A stretch of DNA of 64,000 bases from an uncultured Chloroflexia bacterium (GTDB lineage: Bacteria > Chloroflexota > Limnocylindria > Limnocylindrales > CSP1-4), in assembly GCA_963712745.1 (NCBI GenBank), contig CAVQJC010000001.1:128001-192000 (forward strand), read 5' to 3'. Within the stretch, counting starts at the first letter, position 1. Each line of letters opens with the position of its first letter. Positions 59,548 to 64,000 of this stretch are shown here, one piece after another. The position numbers and the translations under genes are program-made. The notes below the pieces were generated by a model. It was not told the origin of the DNA. It saw nothing but the letters and a program-made list of their open reading frames with translations, and searched no databases.

Positions 59548-59571
59548 TAACCGTACAGATTCGTACGGTTA
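59548..59571. promoter_or_regulatory. Inverted repeat upstream of abiEi (putative autoregulatory operator)
   Basis: TAACCGTAC-N6-GTACGGTTA, a perfect 9-bp inverted repeat. Confidence 0.6.
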
Positions 59572-59815
59572 CTGACGACAGACTACCCTGGACAGCGTCT
59601 GCACCGACAGCCACTCGGCTAGCAGCCGGCTTGTTTGACGATCTTCCTGCGCACCAACACCCGACGGCCTGTCAAGCGGCCGGGACAGGCGTGTGCACCA
59701 AGGACGGTTGGCAAGTCCGCCTTCGGGGCGGGACTCCGCGGCGGACAGGCGAGGCGGCTCCTGCGTCCGGGCGGGCCACGGAAGTACGCCGGCGCGTCTC
59801 GCCGACCGAAGCTCG

Positions 59816-59864
59816 TGTCTCATAACATTGACATAACGCGATGTTGTGTCTAATCTATGAGACA
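59816..59864 (+). promoter_or_regulatory. hipBA promoter with two operators
   Basis: TTGACA(59828)-17 bp-TAATCT(59851); TGTCT-N8-TGACA at 59816 and TGTCT-N8-AGACA at 59847. Confidence 0.72.
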
Positions 59865-60169
59865 TGAAGAAGTCGAAGCCACTCTACCCACGGCAACAGC
59901 GCGCGGCTTCAGAACTGGGCGCGCGGCTTCGACTTGCCCGAGAGCGCCGACGTATGCCCGCAGCGGAGCTCGCGGAGCGCGCCGACACCTCTCGGATGAC
60001 GATCTACCGCCTCGAGCACGGCGACACGAGTGTCAGCCTCGGCGTGCTCGTGCGGGTGCTTGGCGTTCTCGGGCTGGTCGACGACCTCGGTGCAGTCGCC
60101 CGGGACGACGTCCTCGGCCGCCAGCTTCAGGACGCCGCCCTGCCGCGTCCCTCGCGGTCGTTGCGCTGA
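59864..60169 (+). CDS. hipB: XRE-family HTH antitoxin (HipB-like)
   Basis: LRLARERR..ELAERA..SR.TI.RLE.G; TGATG coupling to hipA. Confidence 0.85.
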   Translation: MKKSKPLYPRQQRAASELGARLRLARERRRMPAAELAERADTSRMTIYRLEHGDTSVSLGVLVRVLGVLGLVDDLGAVARDDVLGRQLQDAALPRPSRSLR

Positions 60170-61425
60170 TGTCGAGGCTGGAGGCTGCCACCGTCTTCCT
60201 CGACGCACACGACCTCGGTCCGTGCCGCGTGGTCGGCACACTCCGGCCCGCCGGCCGTGCGCCCGACAGCCCGATCGGCTTCGTCTACGCCGCGGAATGG
60301 TGGTCCGAGCCCGCCGCGTTCCGGCTCGACCCGAGCCACTACGAACAGACCGTACAGCCGCAGTATCCGGAGCCGGGTCACGGACTCGCGCCCGTGTTCT
60401 CCGACGCCTCGCCTGACCGATGGGGGCGACTCCTGCTCGACTACCGGGAGCAGGACCGGGCAAGGGCAGAGGGTCGACGGCCCCGGCCGCTCGGCGAGTG
60501 GGACTATCTGCTCGGCGTCAACGATGAGCTTCGCATGGGCGCGCTGCGCTTTGCCGCGCCAGCAGCAGGTTCTCCGTTCCTCGACGACGGCCCGGGCTCC
60601 GTCCCGCCGCTCGCGGACCTTCGGGAGCTGGAACAGGCAGCTCGGATCGTCGACGACCCGGGTCATGATGATCCGTCCGCCATCCGCGACGCACTGCGGC
60701 CTCTTCTCGCCCCCGGCAGCCCGATGGGTGGTGCCCGTCCCAAGGCGAACTTCCTTGATCCTGCAGGCGCGCTGTGGTTCGCGAAGTTCCCATCGCACAA
60801 CGACCGCAGAGACATGGGCGGATGGGAATACGTCCTTAATCGCCTCGCTGCAGATGCGGGAATCGACGTCCCGGAGGTCGACCTTCGGATGTTGTCCGGG
60901 CCGTACAACACGTTCCTCGCGCGTCGCTTCGACCGAGAGGGGAACGGCCGACGTCTGTTCGCGTCGGCCATGACGATGCTCGGCAAGCGGGACCGTGAGC
61001 CATCTTCCTACGCCGAGATCGCCGAGGCCATCGACCTGAACGGGGCAACCGGTCACATCGAAGAGGATCTCGCCCAGCTGTTCCGCCGGCTCGTGTTCAA
61101 CATCGTGACCGGTCATCGCGATGACCATCTGCGCAATCACGGATTCTTGCGGGCCCCTGCCGGATGGCGTCTGGCTCCCGCCTATGACCTCAACCCGATG
61201 CCCGAGATGTCGCAACACGAAGTGGCTGTCGGGCTTGCGACCAAGGGCCCCGATGTCGAGGTTGCCGTCAGCGAGACCGCGCCGTTCTGCCGGCTGACCC
61301 CGGCCGCGGCTCGCGACATCGTGAGCGAGGTCCGTTCCGCGGTTGCAGAGTGGCGATCGGTCGCGCGCGAGGTGGGCCTGTCCCGCATGGACATCGAGGC
61401 GGTGTCGCCGGCATTCGACGAGTGA
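60169..61425 (+). CDS. hipA: HipA-family Ser/Thr kinase toxin
   Basis: DASPDRWGR, GSPMGGARPK, AKFP, RRFDR, DDHLRNHGF and LAPAYDLNP. Confidence 0.92.
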   Translation: MSRLEAATVFLDAHDLGPCRVVGTLRPAGRAPDSPIGFVYAAEWWSEPAAFRLDPSHYEQTVQPQYPEPGHGLAPVFSDASPDRWGRLLLDYREQDRARAEGRRPRPLGEWDYLLGVNDELRMGALRFAAPAAGSPFLDDGPGSVPPLADLRELEQAARIVDDPGHDDPSAIRDALRPLLAPGSPMGGARPKANFLDPAGALWFAKFPSHNDRRDMGGWEYVLNRLAADAGIDVPEVDLRMLSGPYNTFLARRFDREGNGRRLFASAMTMLGKRDREPSSYAEIAEAIDLNGATGHIEEDLAQLFRRLVFNIVTGHRDDHLRNHGFLRAPAGWRLAPAYDLNPMPEMSQHEVAVGLATKGPDVEVAVSETAPFCRLTPAAARDIVSEVRSAVAEWRSVAREVGLSRMDIEAVSPAFDE

Positions 61426-61578
61426 GAGGCCCAAGGCGTCGTGCCGCAACCGCGACGACCGTCCTTGTCGCACATGGGGACAGGTCGAGCACGAACCCGG
61501 GTCAAGTCCAGCAGGTTGTGTAACGGCGACGTGGCATGTCCTGGGACTTGACCTCGACGTCCTCGACCAGTGGGCGAC

Positions 61579-61718
61579 CAGTCAGGCACGCAGTCAGTCA
61601 CGGAACCCGAAAACGCGGTCGTTCGGAGTCGGACGGAGTCGCCCACAGAGGGCATCCCACGAGGGAAAGGTGGCTCCGGCGGTAAGATCCGAACGTACGA
61701 CCGATCGGTTGACAGCCG
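61579..61718. mobile_element. att-like module G: arm-like direct repeats, flank and tRNA-Asn remnant
   Basis: CAGTCAGGCACG/CAGTCAGTCACG; GGAGTCGCCCACAGAGGGCATCCCACGAGGG identical to modules A and D; GGTGGCTCCGGCGGTAAGATCCGAACGTACGACCGATCGGTTGACAGCCG. Confidence 0.82.
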
Positions 61719-62147
61719 CTTGGCTCCGACAGTCCGACCAGGAGACACTTCCTTTCCTGAGGTGCACTCACGCCACGCATGAACGGCCAATGCGTGGCGT
61801 GTGAGCCCAGACCCATCAGCGCCTACTCGACCGCCTGAGCGCCGGACGGCCAGCGCTACTGGCTGACCAGGATGATGATCAACCGCTGTTGGCTTGACAG
61901 CGTGGAACCCCTGCGCCTCGTCAGCGACGGAGCGCAGCCGGCTCCGGACTGGGACGGTCCGCCGCGGGCACCGGGTGGCATCGGCACCTACGAGCCGGAC
62001 GGGAACGGCAAGTGGTGGCCGACCAGGCTGTCCTCGCGAGTGGCTTCGAGCCATGCAAGGCCTGTCGCCGACCGCGGTCTCACAGAAGCTGACGGGACTG
62101 TTCAGCGAGGTCGCAGGCGCCTACCGTCTGGGCGATGCCCGGTCCGT

Positions 62148-62543
62148 TTACCAGGGTCGCGACCGCTTGACGCATTCACGGAAGAAGGCCAGCAGCGGAG
62201 CTGCTGGCTCGCCAACCTGCTCCGTCAGTGTGGCATCCAGGGTCTTGATGGTGACGATGACGATGCGGGCACTCGCGGGCGTCGTCTCGATCCTCAGGGA
62301 ACACCCCGAGATCTCTTGCCAAGGCGTCAGTTGGGCACCGTACCGCTGCGTCTCGTCGATCGACACGACGAACACGCCGAACGCGGTCGTGACGTACACC
62401 ACCATGTTCGGCTCGTCGAAGTAGACGAACTTGTCCTTGAGCTCTGCCTCTTGCAGGTAGACTCGAGTGCGCTCGATGAGCTTTCCGGCAGGGCCCGCGT
62501 CAGGTCCCTCACCGAACTGCCTGGAGTAGCCGGACAGGTTCAT
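62148..62543 (-). CDS. Hypothetical protein
   Basis: ATG with GGGAG RBS and protein-like composition; no recognised motif. Confidence 0.55.
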   Translation of the reverse strand: MNLSGYSRQFGEGPDAGPAGKLIERTRVYLQEAELKDKFVYFDEPNMVVYVTTAFGVFVVSIDETQRYGAQLTPWQEISGCSLRIETTPASARIVIVTIKTLDATLTEQVGEPAAPLLAFFRECVKRSRPW

Positions 62544-62741
62544 CGTCTACTCCCATACGCTCAGGCTTGATCGCCAGAGGCTGAGCTGAAGATACCAGAC
62601 GGGGCGGGCACCTCCGGCAGGCTCGCGACCCAGCCTCGACGTGCCGCTGGCCCGAGCCAGCCACAGCCGACTCTGCGATTTCAGTGCAGCATTGACACGT
62701 ACGCGTCCGACCCGAGTGGCGCGTCGAAAGGGACCACACCT

Positions 62742-63725
62742 GTGCTATTGATCCTCTTCATCGTCATCGGCCTCGTGCTCATCGTGGCCGCCGGCGTCAT
62801 CATCGCTCAGTCGGTGTCGGACTACGGCGATGACTTCACGGTCGGCAAGGGCGCCGCGGCCGGTGCGCTCATCCTCGGCGGTCTGGCGCTCATCGTCGTC
62901 GGCTTCGGCTGGCGTGAGATCGGCGCGGGCCAGGTCGGCGTGAAGACACGCTTCGGCGCTGTCCAGGAGGGCACGCTCCTGCCCGGCCTGCATTGGATCA
63001 TCCCCGCAGTCGATGGCATCACCGTCTTCGACGGCCGTGTCCAGGCCTACAACTTCGAGGAGATCGAGAGCGTCACCCGCGACCTCCAGTCGGTCCAGCT
63101 CTCCGGTCTCATCAACTTCCGTATCGACAGCGCGAAGGCGGACCGCATCCTCCAGGAGGTCGGCCAGCCGGATGACTACGCGGAGAAGGTCTTCCTGCGG
63201 CCCTCGAACACGGCGCTCAAGGAGATCACGCCCGAGTACGACGCCTTCAACGTCATCAGCAAGCGAGACGAGATCGGCCAGCGGACGCTGGCGAACCTGC
63301 GCGAGCGGATGGAGGACTTCAACATCATCGTCGAGCGCGTGTCGGTCGAGAACATCCGCCTCAACGAACAGTTCCTGACGTCGGTGGAGGCCAAGCAGAT
63401 CGCCGAACAGGATCTGGCCAGGGCCTTCTTCGAGGCCGACCGCGACGTGCGCCTGGCCGAGGGCTCACGAGATGCGCGCATCACACGTGCCGAGGGTGAG
63501 GCGCAGGCGAACGACCTCATCAACTCCTCGCTGAGCGAGCAGCTACTGCAGTGGACTTACATCCAGCGGCTGGCAGACAACGTACAGCTGATGCTCGTGC
63601 CGTCCGACCAGGGGCTGATCTTCGACCTTGGCGCGATCACCGAGACCGGGGGGTCGAGCGAGGCACCGCAAGCGCTGCCGGAGGCGCTGCCCGAGGCGGT
63701 CGAGCCGAGCGACGAAACGCAGTGA
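62742..63725 (+). CDS. SPFH/prohibitin (band 7) membrane protein
   Basis: N-terminal TM segments, GQVGVKTRFG, PGLHWIIP, T.DLQ.V, VEAKQIAEQ and AEGEAQAN. Confidence 0.9.
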   Translation: MLLILFIVIGLVLIVAAGVIIAQSVSDYGDDFTVGKGAAAGALILGGLALIVVGFGWREIGAGQVGVKTRFGAVQEGTLLPGLHWIIPAVDGITVFDGRVQAYNFEEIESVTRDLQSVQLSGLINFRIDSAKADRILQEVGQPDDYAEKVFLRPSNTALKEITPEYDAFNVISKRDEIGQRTLANLRERMEDFNIIVERVSVENIRLNEQFLTSVEAKQIAEQDLARAFFEADRDVRLAEGSRDARITRAEGEAQANDLINSSLSEQLLQWTYIQRLADNVQLMLVPSDQGLIFDLGAITETGGSSEAPQALPEALPEAVEPSDETQ

Positions 63726-64000
63726 CCTCCTGACCACGCAGCCACCCTGGCGACGCGCGGCGTGGTCGCCCTACGCAGCGCCGCCTTCCTTGGGCGCGAC
63801 GTTACCGGGTCGGCCGGGTCCGACTCCTGGTCCGTGCCGGGTTCACTGCCGGTCTCCTCGGTGTCGCTGCCCTCCGAGGAACCACCTGACCCTCCCGCGA
63901 GCGGGTCGTTCAGGTCGCCGGTCGGAGACTGCTCGGGCTCGCCACCACCCTCATCCAGCCCCAGGCCCGCCAAGGCGTCCATGCCGATGCCCGATCCTTC
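63723..64000 (-). CDS. Partial gene: acidic Gly/Ser-rich C-terminal region running in from the window end
   Basis: The frame of ORF 63557-63982 is open to the window edge; low complexity, true stop uncertain. Confidence 0.35.

Noticed and set aside
1-61718. CRISPR array or integron attC sites
   Set aside because: The repeats are kilobases apart, tRNA-derived and lack attC symmetry; no cas or intI genes are present.
63660-63710. GAGGCGCTGCC-type repeats at the SPFH 3' end
   Set aside because: They encode a low-complexity ALPEALPEA tail and are not a separate element.

Overview
High-GC (roughly 70% by eye) bacterial DNA. The solute-binding proteins (signal peptides followed by AQD/AQE) and the gene style suggest Chloroflexota or Actinomycetota; this is inference only. 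The window is a mosaic of catabolic cassettes: (1) sugar-type ABC transporter, Fe-ADH, ALDH, M20 amidohydrolase and a regulator; (2) a LacI-controlled cluster with a GH127 beta-L-arabinofuranosidase, the glycyl-radical 4-hydroxyproline dehydratase HypD and its activase, an enolase-family hydroxyproline enzyme, three UroD/MtaA-fold proteins, a Liv-type ABC transporter and a GH31; (3) an Amadori-compound (fructosamine) operon; (4) an amino-sugar cluster (DegT aminotransferase, GH4, ROK kinase, NagA, cupin PGI); (5) a sugar ABC transporter with an orphan TIM-barrel protein; and (6) AbiE and HipBA toxin-antitoxin loci. The cassettes are separated by 6-7 same-orientation remnants of a tRNA-Asn 3' half. 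Several remnants are preceded by the C-terminal stump of a tyrosine integrase and by arm-like direct repeats, so the region looks like a tandem array of integrase-less islands. IS110 and IS21 remnants mark further junctions. About nine apparent frameshifts split otherwise intact genes and may be long-read errors. No rRNA, intact tRNA or CRISPR array was seen.
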